Shown here one piece after another: positions 1 to 8,092 of a DNA stretch of 64,000 bases. Each line of letters starts with the position of its first letter. The stretch's first letter is position 1. Location: NCBI GenBank assembly GCA_051418015.1, contig JBPRGF010000024.1:1-64000 (forward strand), in the 5' to 3' direction. The notes below the pieces were generated by a model. The model ran no database searches. It was not told the DNA's origin and saw nothing but the letters and a program-made list of their open reading frames with translations. This DNA comes from Candidatus Nitrospinota bacterium M3_3B_026 (GTDB lineage Bacteria > Nitrospinota_A > UBA7883 > JBPRGF01). The translations under genes and the position numbers were made by a program.

Positions 1-134
1 GGAATGTTCCCCTTCTGCCAGTAGTATTGAAACAGCCCCTTCTCGATCCCGACCTTTCTGGCCCATGTGTATGGCCGCTCCCCCTTCATCAGGAGGGCCA
101 GCCTGTCCTTGAACGTCTGCCGTTTCTTTGCCAT
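1..134 (-). CDS. HTH (XRE/Cro-CI-like) transcriptional regulator, N-terminal part; runs off the left edge of the window
   Basis: Not in the ORF track. ATG at 134 with GGGAGCGGGG upstream; reads MAKKRQTFKDRLALLMKGERPYTWARKVGIEKGLFQYYWQKGNI(P), an HTH-like repressor N-terminus. Confidence 0.7.
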   Translation of the reverse strand, partial: MAKKRQTFKDRLALLMKGERPYTWARKVGIEKGLFQYYWQKGNI

Positions 135-177
135 GATTCCCCGCTCCCCACTCGTTATCAGGGTAAGAATCCTATGA

Positions 178-208
178 ATACTATAGTCTGTAGATATTTA
201 GTCTGCAA
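178..208 (-). promoter_or_regulatory. Leftward sigma70 promoter (TTGCAG-N17-TATAGT) overlapped by C-box-like operator repeats
   Basis: -35 at 208-203 and -10 at 185-180 with 17-bp spacing. Plus strand TACTATAGTC-TGTA-GATATTTAGTC resembles the R-M controller box GACTnATAGTC-TGTA-GACTnnnAGTC. Confidence 0.55.
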
Positions 209-249
209 GGGAAAAGAATACGGGAGCTTGAAAATCATGATCGAAAGAA

Positions 250-477
250 ATGGCGAAAAAATTGGAAAAGGTGTTCGGGGAGGTCATGAGGGACCTGCGC
301 AAAAAACGCGGCTTCTCCCAGGAGGAGCTTGGGTTCGAGACCGGTTACCATCGCACCTACATCAGCCTGCTTGAACGCGGCCTTCGAAGCCCCACCCTGA
401 CCACCATCTTCCAGCTCGCCACCGCACTTGAAGTAAAACCCTCCGAGATAATCCGGCAGGTCGAATCCGCCAAATAA
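250..477 (+). CDS. XRE-family HTH regulator, C-protein (controller)-like
   Basis: 75 aa, FGEVMRDLRKKRGFSQEELG...HRTYISLLERGLRSPTL; typical HTH_3/controller signature. Confidence 0.9.
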   Translation: MAKKLEKVFGEVMRDLRKKRGFSQEELGFETGYHRTYISLLERGLRSPTLTTIFQLATALEVKPSEIIRQVESAK

Positions 478-541
478 CCCCGCCGCTTTCCCTGTTTTTT
501 CGCTCCTGTTTCTTGGTTTCTTGAAGCACGCTGTTTTTTGG
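430..541 (+). repeat. 112-bp direct repeat, copy 1 (3' end of the XRE gene plus a pyrimidine-rich spacer)
   Basis: Matches 2386-2497 with 3 mismatches. Confidence 0.95.
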
Positions 542-572
542 GTTTGCTCAGTTTCTTGCCTCCATAACTGCC

Positions 573-755
573 TTGAGTTCCGTAAAATCATTGATGCTCG
601 AGGTCGAGCAGTTGCCGATGAAACCGGAATATTTCGTGAATAGTGAGGTGGACGATAATCATGAGTATATCACTATCACCGCCAAGGATCTGAGTCGTGT
701 TTTATCAATAGAAGACTTGGAAAATTACTTTGAGATGCCTGGGGAACTGGTGTAA
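573..755 (+). CDS. Small acidic hypothetical protein or C-terminal gene fragment
   Basis: 60-aa AT-rich ORF with no clear RBS; the frame stays open upstream into repeat copy 1. Confidence 0.3.
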   Translation: MSSVKSLMLEVEQLPMKPEYFVNSEVDDNHEYITITAKDLSRVLSIEDLENYFEMPGELV

Positions 756-778
756 ACGTTTTCACCCAGTTAATGTCG

Positions 779-1696
779 TCAACTCCATGGACCGCCTGGT
801 TTCCATTCCGCTGTAAAATCTTGGCTGCGTATTAAAGCCTGCGTTGGCGGGATAAGAAATGTCTCAAGCAAACGGCAGATATCCGCCAGTGATGGCGGAG
901 TGGTAACGAGCGCCCCCTTTCGAAGAAAGGCGTTCCACTGTATATTCTTTTGCGCGTCGTTATAGAACTCCGGGGTGAGTCCTGAAGGGATGTGTTCCGG
1001 CAGATGTGTGCGGCGGCGTGAGAACGTGTTACGAATCGCCTGGGACAAAGTAAGACCATAGAAATCGAACTCGCTGGCGATGATCCAAAGATCGTAGAAG
1101 TCCTTCATACGGCTATTCGCCAGCCATAAGTTGACCAGGGCATGGTATTTCTCCGCAACCACGGTCTCACGCGGGTACGCCCTCAAATGTGGCGCGGGGT
1201 AATCCAAGAGGGTGGGATATTCGATTTCCCTCGCCTCTGGTGTTACAGCATCACCAAAACCGATGTCTGCCTGGATCGGCAATTGGGCGCCAGCCAATTT
1301 ACCAAACAGCTTCACCCGTATGCCGCCATATTCTGTCTCATCTCGGATCAATTCGACTTGAACACTGTTCGCCACAAACGTCAGACCGTCATTTTCCACT
1401 GGCATGTCACAGAGTTCACGGAAGATCACTTGCAGACCCTCTTCACCGCTGTCACCTAATCCAAGAAAATCTACATCGCGTGTCGGGCGATGCGTACTTT
1501 CACCCCACAGCATGAACAGCATCGCGCCCTTCAAGATGAAACGGCTCCGATAATCTGATTGGCTCAGGCGGTATAACAGGCGTTCCAGTCCATACTGTGT
1601 AAGGATCAACTGGAAATCCTCGCGCCGTTCCCGCGCCAACGCTAGTAAACGGTCACGCACAGATGCAGCTATATTTTTTCCGCGTTTATCATTCAT
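779..1696 (-). CDS. abiEii: AbiEii-family nucleotidyltransferase toxin (type IV TA)
   Basis: FILKGAMLF, RPTRDVDF, AEKYHAL and NSRMKDFYDL motifs; ATG at 1696 overlaps the antitoxin stop (ATGA). Confidence 0.92.
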   Translation of the reverse strand: MNDKRGKNIAASVRDRLLALARERREDFQLILTQYGLERLLYRLSQSDYRSRFILKGAMLFMLWGESTHRPTRDVDFLGLGDSGEEGLQVIFRELCDMPVENDGLTFVANSVQVELIRDETEYGGIRVKLFGKLAGAQLPIQADIGFGDAVTPEAREIEYPTLLDYPAPHLRAYPRETVVAEKYHALVNLWLANSRMKDFYDLWIIASEFDFYGLTLSQAIRNTFSRRRTHLPEHIPSGLTPEFYNDAQKNIQWNAFLRKGALVTTPPSLADICRLLETFLIPPTQALIRSQDFTAEWKPGGPWS

Positions 1697-2304
1697 GTCG
1701 CGAGCGATTCCAGATAAGGCCGCATGACATTTCGAACGCGGCAGATGTCGGCATAATGCCAAAGGTCATCCATGGCGCATTGCCGCGACCGCCAGCAGTC
1801 CTTGAGCGCCTCGATGGCCACATCCAGGCCGATCTTATTCCGGTATTTGAAACAATCAGCGATAGTTTTGGCAGGAGTATACACACGTACGGCAACCCCC
1901 TCGATCTGGTGTTCCTCGACTCCGGCGCCAAGCGCGGCCTGGGAGAAGCGCACAATGCGCAGCGGTGGATACTCCATGCGCGGCCGCCAAGCCTTCTCGC
2001 CAATGGCCAGCCAGACTTCAAACGGGGCCTGAGTCGTGAGATCATGAAAGCGCAGAGCGGACAGCAAGCAGACCACGCCTTTAGGCACACGTTTGCTGGC
2101 CTCGGCAAGCGAATGGTGTTCGGTGGCGCCGCTATTCGGGAGGACATAGAGCCCTCTGCCGATCCGTTGCAACTTGCCGGTAGCGCAAAGGCGGCTTAGA
2201 GAGGTTCGAGGGATATCATAGGGATCGAGATCCCGTGGGCGCAAAACCCCCAATTTCCTGACCAGTTTCAGGACTTTATCTGTCTGCGTAGTTTTTGTAG
2301 CCAT
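1693..2304 (-). CDS. abiEi: AbiEi-family antitoxin / transcriptional regulator (type IV TA)
   Basis: N-terminal wHTH (LQRIGRGLY), CLLSALRFHDLTTQ, KTIADCFKYRNKIGLDVAIEAL; translationally coupled to abiEii. Confidence 0.92.
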   Translation of the reverse strand: MATKTTQTDKVLKLVRKLGVLRPRDLDPYDIPRTSLSRLCATGKLQRIGRGLYVLPNSGATEHHSLAEASKRVPKGVVCLLSALRFHDLTTQAPFEVWLAIGEKAWRPRMEYPPLRIVRFSQAALGAGVEEHQIEGVAVRVYTPAKTIADCFKYRNKIGLDVAIEALKDCWRSRQCAMDDLWHYADICRVRNVMRPYLESLAT

Positions 2305-2314
2305 GAGAACTGTA

Positions 2315-2362
2315 TGTTACATTACCTAGGGGGATATATACAAGCCCCGAGGTATTGTAACA
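2315..2362. promoter_or_regulatory. 18-bp inverted repeat upstream of abiEi, probable AbiEi autoregulatory operator
   Basis: TGTTACATTACCTAGGGG (2315-2332) and CCCCGAGGTATTGTAACA (2345-2362), 2 mismatches, 12-bp spacer. Confidence 0.8.
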
Positions 2363-2385
2363 GCAAGATGGGTCGGGTGGATGTC

Positions 2386-2497
2386 GAAGTAAAACCCTCC
2401 GAGATGATCCGTCAGGTCGAATCCGCCAAATAGCCCCGCCGCTTTCCCTGTTTTTTCGCTCCTGTTTCTTGGTTTCTTGAAGCACGCTGTTTTTTGG
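2386..2497 (+). repeat. 112-bp direct repeat, copy 2 (orphan XRE 3' end), ending 1 bp from the integrase stop codon
   Basis: Matches 430-541 with 3 mismatches. Confidence 0.95.
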
Positions 2498-2498
2498 T

Positions 2499-3623
2499 TT
2501 ATTCGATCATTGTTTCTTTCTTGTTTTTCTCCTTCATCGCCCCGCTGACGAGGTCGGACGCCACTCCGGCGGCCTTTTTCAGGGCGCTGTCGGTGAGGTG
2601 GGAGTATCGCATGGTCATCGCCAGGGAGCGATGGGTCAGGAGTTTTTGCAATTCGCGGATATCAACCTGGCCGGATGAGGCCAGCATTGTCGCGTAGACG
2701 TGGCGAAGCCCGTGGAACCGGAGCCAAGGGAGGCCGGCGCGCTCACGGATACGGTTCCATGGGCGGCTGATGTTGTCACGTTTATGGCCGTCCCTGCCGG
2801 GAAAGACAAACCGGCTTGTCCTTGGCTGCGCTTGCAGTATCGGGCGCAGGGCGTCCGGAAGCGGTATCTTATCGACCTCTCCCTCAGCTCTAGCCTTCCC
2901 GTTTCGAAGGAGGATGAAACCCTGATCCCACAGGATGTCGTCCCACTCGAGCGAAAAGATCGCCCCCTGCCGCATCCCGGTCATGATCGCGGTCAGAACG
3001 ATCCCTCCCGCCGCCTTGTTCTTGTCATCAAATGCCGACTGAACGAGCTTTTGGAACTGCTCCTCGGTGAGATACTCGGTTTTCTCGTTCCGGAGAGCGG
3101 GGACCTTGATCTTGGAGGAAAGTGGTGAATGCAGATTCTCGACCACGCCAAAGTTTGTGGCGCGCCGCAGAAGCTCCAGGGCGTAGACGCCGGATCGTCT
3201 CTTGCCCTTTTCGACGGCCTCCTGAAAGATCGCTTCCACGTCCTGCTTCGTGATATCCGGCGGGTATTTCCCACCGACGACCGGCGCGACCCACTGTGAA
3301 AATTTTCTATCCTCTTTTGCCTTCGACGGGTAGTCCCCCTTGCGGTCAAGGTAGGCTTGCCAGACTGAAAAAACCGTCACGCCTTCGGCGGCCGCCCGCT
3401 CGGCCCGCTCCGCCTCGAGTTTCTCTTTCCGCGATGGCTCGCCGCTGATTCGCCGGGCTCGAATCTGGGAAGCCTGGGACGCCGTCTGCGCCGTAGTCGC
3501 CTCTTCGATGACTTTTGCTTCCCCGCTTCGCCGGTATCGGATGGAGAACTTTTTCTTTCCACCTTTGGTCTGGTAGGAAAAAACTCCTGGATACCTCGTT
3601 TTCGATCGCTCGTTCTTCGGCAT
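2499..3623 (-). CDS. int: Tyrosine recombinase/integrase of a tRNA-targeting genomic island
   Basis: Catalytic set TGMRQG (R), FHGLRH (HxxR), LTHRS (H), RYSH (Y); N-terminal arm-binding-like domain; ATG at 3623 with GAGGA upstream. Confidence 0.93.
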   Translation of the reverse strand: MPKNERSKTRYPGVFSYQTKGGKKKFSIRYRRSGEAKVIEEATTAQTASQASQIRARRISGEPSRKEKLEAERAERAAAEGVTVFSVWQAYLDRKGDYPSKAKEDRKFSQWVAPVVGGKYPPDITKQDVEAIFQEAVEKGKRRSGVYALELLRRATNFGVVENLHSPLSSKIKVPALRNEKTEYLTEEQFQKLVQSAFDDKNKAAGGIVLTAIMTGMRQGAIFSLEWDDILWDQGFILLRNGKARAEGEVDKIPLPDALRPILQAQPRTSRFVFPGRDGHKRDNISRPWNRIRERAGLPWLRFHGLRHVYATMLASSGQVDIRELQKLLTHRSLAMTMRYSHLTDSALKKAAGVASDLVSGAMKEKNKKETMIE

Positions 3624-3643
3624 TGCCCATCCTCGGGAATTCT

Positions 3644-3663
3644 GCCCCCACATCGCCCCCACA
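3644..3663. repeat. Tandem 9-bp repeat GCCCCCACA, possible integrase arm-type sites
   Basis: Exact copies at 3644-3652 and 3655-3663 (11-bp period), between the tRNA and the integrase start. Confidence 0.5.
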
Positions 3664-3731
3664 AGGAGGCCAGAAAACGGGGGTATTTCCAAGAAAATGA
3701 TAGCAAATGGTAGTAATTATATCAACACAAG

Positions 3732-3777
3732 AAAACCCGCGCTAAGAGCGCTTATAGTCGCCATTGACGCGGGTTTT
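3732..3777 (-). terminator. Inverted repeat just downstream of tRNA-Asn (terminator or att-associated)
   Basis: AAAACCCGCG (3732-3741) / CGCGGGTTTT (3768-3777). Confidence 0.55.
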
Positions 3778-3791
3778 GTTTGATTTTTATA

Positions 3792-3867
<76 letters not shown>

Positions 3868-4011
3868 ATCGACGATGATCAAACATATTTTATATCACAC
3901 CGGGGGGAGCATTACAATCTCCCCCGGACGTCGTTTCCATCGCGTTTGGCCGGCGCGCCGGGGGGGGCCGGATGATCCTGCCCGGCGCCTTTGAAGAGCG
4001 GGGCGGGTTTA

Positions 4012-5046
4012 CTACACGCCGTAGTCGCCCATGGCGCCCATGGATTTCAAGGCCTTCAGCCGCGCCTCCATCGGCGGGTGGGTGGAGAAGAGGGCTTTCG
4101 ATTTCATGGTGAAGTTTTTGACCGGGTTGACGATGTACATGTGCTGCGTGGCGCGGTTGGTCGCCTCCAGCGGCTCCTGGTCATTCCATATCTTGTAGAG
4201 CGCCGAGGCCAGCCCATCTGGGTTCCTGGTCAGCTGTACGGCGGAGGCGTCGGCGAGCAGCTCGCGTCTTCTCGATATCGCCATCTGCAGAATCTTCGCG
4301 CTGATGGGGGCCAGGACGGCGAAGATGAGCGCGACGGCTAGCATGGCCGGATGGCCTCCCTTCCTGCCGCCCCCTCTCCAGAACACGCCTCGCAAAAAAG
4401 CGTCCGCGATCAGGGCCGTCGCGCCGACAATGACTCCGGCGAGCATGGCGTATCGGATGTCGTAGTTTCGGACATGGCTCATCTCGTGGGCGATGACTCC
4501 CTGCAGCTCGTCGCGGTTGAGCTTTTCCAGCAGGCCGCGGGTCACGGCGACGGCGGCGCGGTCCGGGTCTCGCCCCGTGGCGAAGGCGTTTGGGGCGGCG
4601 GATTCTATGATATAGACCTCCGGCATGGGCAGGCCCGAGGCGACCTTCATCTCCTCCACGATGTTGAACAGGGTAGGGTGCCCGTCGTGGCTGATCTTTT
4701 TCGCGCCGCTCATCGACAGGACGAGCCTTGCGCCGGAGAACCAGGAGAACGCGCCCAGTGTCGAGGCGATGATGAAGGCGATGACCGCGCCCTCCAGCGG
4801 GAAGCCGTAAAGATGACCCGCGATCGCCCCCAGGCCCGTTAGAAGGCCGGTCAGCGCAAGCAACAGTATGTTCGAGTTACGCCGGTTCGCCGCCTGCTCG
4901 GCGAAGAATGATGAGCGTTTTTCAGTTCTGCGTTTCGCCCTTTCGGCCCTTTTACCCTCCGCCTTGAGGATGGCCCGGCACAAGCCGCACTGTATTGCGG
5001 AGACACGGTTCTCATAGCCGCAACGAGGACAGGGCGCCTTTCTCAT
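4012..5046 (-). CDS. htpX: M48 zinc metalloprotease HtpX with N-terminal zinc ribbon
   Basis: PNAFATG, HEMSH, SRRRELLADA, FSTHPP; N-terminal CPRC...CGLC. Confidence 0.92.
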   Translation of the reverse strand: MRKAPCPRCGYENRVSAIQCGLCRAILKAEGKRAERAKRRTEKRSSFFAEQAANRRNSNILLLALTGLLTGLGAIAGHLYGFPLEGAVIAFIIASTLGAFSWFSGARLVLSMSGAKKISHDGHPTLFNIVEEMKVASGLPMPEVYIIESAAPNAFATGRDPDRAAVAVTRGLLEKLNRDELQGVIAHEMSHVRNYDIRYAMLAGVIVGATALIADAFLRGVFWRGGGRKGGHPAMLAVALIFAVLAPISAKILQMAISRRRELLADASAVQLTRNPDGLASALYKIWNDQEPLEATNRATQHMYIVNPVKNFTMKSKALFSTHPPMEARLKALKSMGAMGDYGV

Positions 5047-5070
5047 GATTCGATGAGGCGGCTTATCCGG

Positions 5071-5622
5071 CTATCGCAGGTCCACCTTCACGGGCGCCCT
5101 CTCGCCCTCCGGCGCCTGGAAGAACTCCTCATGCGAGAATCCAAAGAGATTCGCCACGATGTTCGATGGGAACGTCTCGCACTTGACGTTCAGGGTCATC
5201 ACGGAGTCGTTGTAGAACTGGCGGGCGAAGGATATCCTGTTCTCCGTGGATGTCAGCTCCTCTTGCAGGCGCATAACGTTCTGGTTGGCCTTCAGGTCGG
5301 GATAATTTTCCGACAGGGCGAACAGGCTTTTAAGGGCCTCGGTGAGCATCCCCTCCTTTTGCGCCTTTTCGGAGACTTTAGTGGCGGCCATCGCCTCGGA
5401 TCTTGCCTGGATCACCTTCTGGAGCGTCTCCTGCTCGTAGCTCATGTAGTCCTTGACCATCTCCACCAGGTTCGGGATCAGGTCGTACCGGCGCTTGAGC
5501 TGGACGTCGATCTGGCTCCATGCGTTTTTCACTTGGGCGCGCAGGCGCACCAGGCCGTTGTACATGGATATTATGTAGACCGCCAGGGCCGCGATCGCGG
5601 CGAGAAGAATCCATCCGCCCAT
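5071..5622 (-). CDS. lemA: LemA family protein
   Basis: NAWSQIDVQLKRRYDLIPNLV, ENYPDLKAN, ARQFYN. Confidence 0.95.
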   Translation of the reverse strand: MGGWILLAAIAALAVYIISMYNGLVRLRAQVKNAWSQIDVQLKRRYDLIPNLVEMVKDYMSYEQETLQKVIQARSEAMAATKVSEKAQKEGMLTEALKSLFALSENYPDLKANQNVMRLQEELTSTENRISFARQFYNDSVMTLNVKCETFPSNIVANLFGFSHEEFFQAPEGERAPVKVDLR

Positions 5623-5643
5623 AATCTGAAGACTCCCTAAAAT

Positions 5644-5961
5644 TTATTCAGCCAGGTTTCTCACGGCCCAGAACATCGGGCCTATCCACACCTGCAGGGC
5701 GAAGACCAGGATATGCGCCCCCGCCAGGGTGTATCCTAACACGGCCCTGGGCGTCATGGAGCGATCCAGGCCGAAAGTCACCCAGTACAAAGCGCCGCCC
5801 AGGCCGAACGCCGCGGCGGGTTTCGCGCTGAAATTCAGGAAAAAGGGATATTCTTTCGCCGACTCCACGGCCTCGTAGACCGCCAGCGCCTCCCAGGCGT
5901 ACCATGCGATGGAGAGGACGTATCCGGCGAGGAAGAGGGATTGCGGCAGGCTCCTCATCAC
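5644..5961 (-). CDS. Hypothetical membrane protein (about 3 TM)
   Basis: Hydrophobic 105-aa ORF in operon between the STAS gene and lemA. Confidence 0.7.
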   Translation of the reverse strand: MMRSLPQSLFLAGYVLSIAWYAWEALAVYEAVESAKEYPFFLNFSAKPAAAFGLGGALYWVTFGLDRSMTPRAVLGYTLAGAHILVFALQVWIGPMFWAVRNLAE

Positions 5962-5983
5962 TTTAGCTTTTCGCCGGGCGTTG

Positions 5984-6337
5984 TCAGCCGAAGGTGGCCA
6001 GGGCCTCCTCCTCGGTCTCGTATATCTCTATCTTGGCGTCAAGCCGTGTGAAAGAGAAAAGCTCGCGCAGATCGTCGGAAAGCCGGACTATCTTGAGCGA
6101 GCCGCCGTTGTCCCTGGCCCGTTTGGCGGCGAGGATAAGCCTGCCCAGGCCGGAGCTGTTGATGAAATGGACGTCCTTGAAGCTCAGGATCAGCCTCGCC
6201 GCGCCGTCCTGGATGGCGTCGTCGATGGCTTTTTTGAAAACGGAGTAGTCCTCGTTGGTCTTTATGTTGCCGATGAGGTCGATGACGGTGGCGCTTCCAG
6301 TTTCCCTGATCTCTACACGCAAAGCGACTTCTCCCAT
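5984..6337 (-). CDS. STAS-domain anti-sigma factor antagonist
   Basis: VHFINSSGLGRLI motif with phosphoacceptor Ser; start probably ATG 6337 or TTG 6322 rather than 6562. Confidence 0.88.
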   Translation of the reverse strand: MGEVALRVEIRETGSATVIDLIGNIKTNEDYSVFKKAIDDAIQDGAARLILSFKDVHFINSSGLGRLILAAKRARDNGGSLKIVRLSDDLRELFSFTRLDAKIEIYETEEEALATFG

Positions 6338-6684
6338 AAGGTTCGTTGAAAGCCGCGGACTGAACGGGCCACGATCCACGCAGCCGGGATCCGTTCCCCC
6401 TCCTGAAACAGTCCCGCTTTCCCCTCTCTTACAACATAAGGATTTACAACAACTGTCCTGGCGCGCGCGATTTCCAGCAAGGACGGTTTGCGCCCTTGCC
6501 CTGAGAACAGCGGACAGCGGGACGGCCCTTGCGTTGCCAACTCCGTCCCTGTAATACTCCAACTTAAATATTTTAATCTCACAACGTCTCCCAAGTCCAA
6601 CAAAATCCGCCGCCGATTTTTATGCCGGAACCGCCTGGCCGCCGCCGGGCTTTCTTTCCCGCGGACAACGTATATAATTGACCC

Positions 6685-8076
6685 GTGAGCGAAACAGCGA
6701 AAGACACGGTGAATGAGCGGCTCCGGGGCCTGCCGTCCGTCGACTCGGTCCTTTCCTCGCCCCCGGCGGCTGGGCTGATCGGGCGATACGGCCGGGAGCG
6801 GCTGGCGGAGGCCGTTCGCGAGACGCTGGGAAAAGCGCGCGAGTCGCTGCTTGCCGGCGAAGGCGCGCCGGCGAGCGTGGAGGAGGCGCTGGAGGCGGCG
6901 ACCGGCGCCTTGGAAAAACTGTTCCGCCCGCGGATGAGAAAGGTCTTGAACCTCACCGGCGTCGCCATCCACACCAACCTCGGCCGCGCGGCCCTGGCCG
7001 GGGAGGCGGCGGAGGCGGCGCGGATGGCGGCGCTCTCCTGCGTGAACGTGGAGTATGACCTGGAGCGCGGCGTCCGCGGCGACAGGGACGGCATCGTGGA
7101 GGAGCTATTGACCACGCTGACCGGCGCGGAGGCGGCCACGGTTGTCAACAACAACGCCGCGGCGGTCCTGCTGGCCCTGAACACGCTGGCGGAGGGGAGG
7201 GAGGTCCTGATCTCCCGGGGGGAGCTTATCGAGATCGGAGGCTCGTTCCGCCTGCCGGAGGTCATGGCCAGGAGCGGCTGCGTCATGCGCGAGGTGGGGA
7301 CGACGAACAAAACGCGCGCAAACGACTACGAGAACGCCTTCACGGAGCGGACGGCCCTCGTCCTGCGGGCGCACACCAGCAACTACAGGATCGTGGGGTT
7401 TACATCCCGCCCGGCGCTGCCGGAGCTGGCCGCGTTCGCAAAAGAGAAAGGCGTCCCGCTGATGGAGGACCTGGGCTCCGGGACGCTGGTTGACCTGAGC
7501 GCCTTCGGTCTGCCCCACGAGCCTACCGTCCAGGAGACGGTCAGGGACGGCGCGGACGCCGTCACCTTCTCCGGCGACAAGCTGCTGGGCGGGCCGCAGG
7601 CGGGGATCATCGCCGGGCGCGCGGACATCATCAAGCGGATAAAGAGCAACCATCTGAAACGCGCCCTGCGGGTCGACAAGATGACCCTAGCCGCCCTCGA
7701 GGCGACGCTCAGGATATACCTGGACCCGGAGAAGGCGGTGGAGAAGATACCGGCGTTGAGAAGCCTTGCGAAAAGCCTGGAGGACGTCCGCGCCATGGCG
7801 GAGAAGGCCGCGCCCATGGTCGCCGGAAAACTCGGCGGAAGCGCTGAGGTCTTCGTTATGGACGACGTGTTGCGGGCTGGGGCGGGCTCGCTGCCGGAGG
7901 TGGACATCCCCTCCGTCTCCGTGGCCGTGAGGGACGCGCGGATGAGCCCCGGCGAGCTTGCGGAGTTTTTCAGGAGGCTGGACCCGCCCGTCATCGGCCG
8001 AGTGGAGGACGACCTTTTCCGGCTGGACATGCGTTGCCTGGACGACGTGGGCGAGCTTGCGGGGGCTCTCGCGTGA
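6685..8076 (+). CDS. selA: L-seryl-tRNA(Sec) selenium transferase
   Basis: HTNLGRA, VNNNAAA, EIGGSFR, EDLGSG, FSGDKLLGGPQAG. Confidence 0.97.
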   Translation: MSETAKDTVNERLRGLPSVDSVLSSPPAAGLIGRYGRERLAEAVRETLGKARESLLAGEGAPASVEEALEAATGALEKLFRPRMRKVLNLTGVAIHTNLGRAALAGEAAEAARMAALSCVNVEYDLERGVRGDRDGIVEELLTTLTGAEAATVVNNNAAAVLLALNTLAEGREVLISRGELIEIGGSFRLPEVMARSGCVMREVGTTNKTRANDYENAFTERTALVLRAHTSNYRIVGFTSRPALPELAAFAKEKGVPLMEDLGSGTLVDLSAFGLPHEPTVQETVRDGADAVTFSGDKLLGGPQAGIIAGRADIIKRIKSNHLKRALRVDKMTLAALEATLRIYLDPEKAVEKIPALRSLAKSLEDVRAMAEKAAPMVAGKLGGSAEVFVMDDVLRAGAGSLPEVDIPSVSVAVRDARMSPGELAEFFRRLDPPVIGRVEDDLFRLDMRCLDDVGELAGALA

Positions 8077-8092
8077 AGCAGGGGAGGGGGGC

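Larger units (their letters stand above)
1..3791. mobile_element. Right end of an integrative genomic island at tRNA-Asn (continues beyond the left edge)
   Basis: Integrase directly downstream of the tRNA 3' end, TA cargo, visibly more AT-rich than the backbone; the other att copy is not in the window. Confidence 0.85.

Noticed and set aside
27..591. ORFs 27..374 (+) and 235..591 (-)
   Set aside because: Conflict with the two HTH genes, which have clear motifs
6338..6562. N-terminal extension of the STAS ORF
   Set aside because: Non-protein-like sequence; the STAS domain starts near 6337-6322
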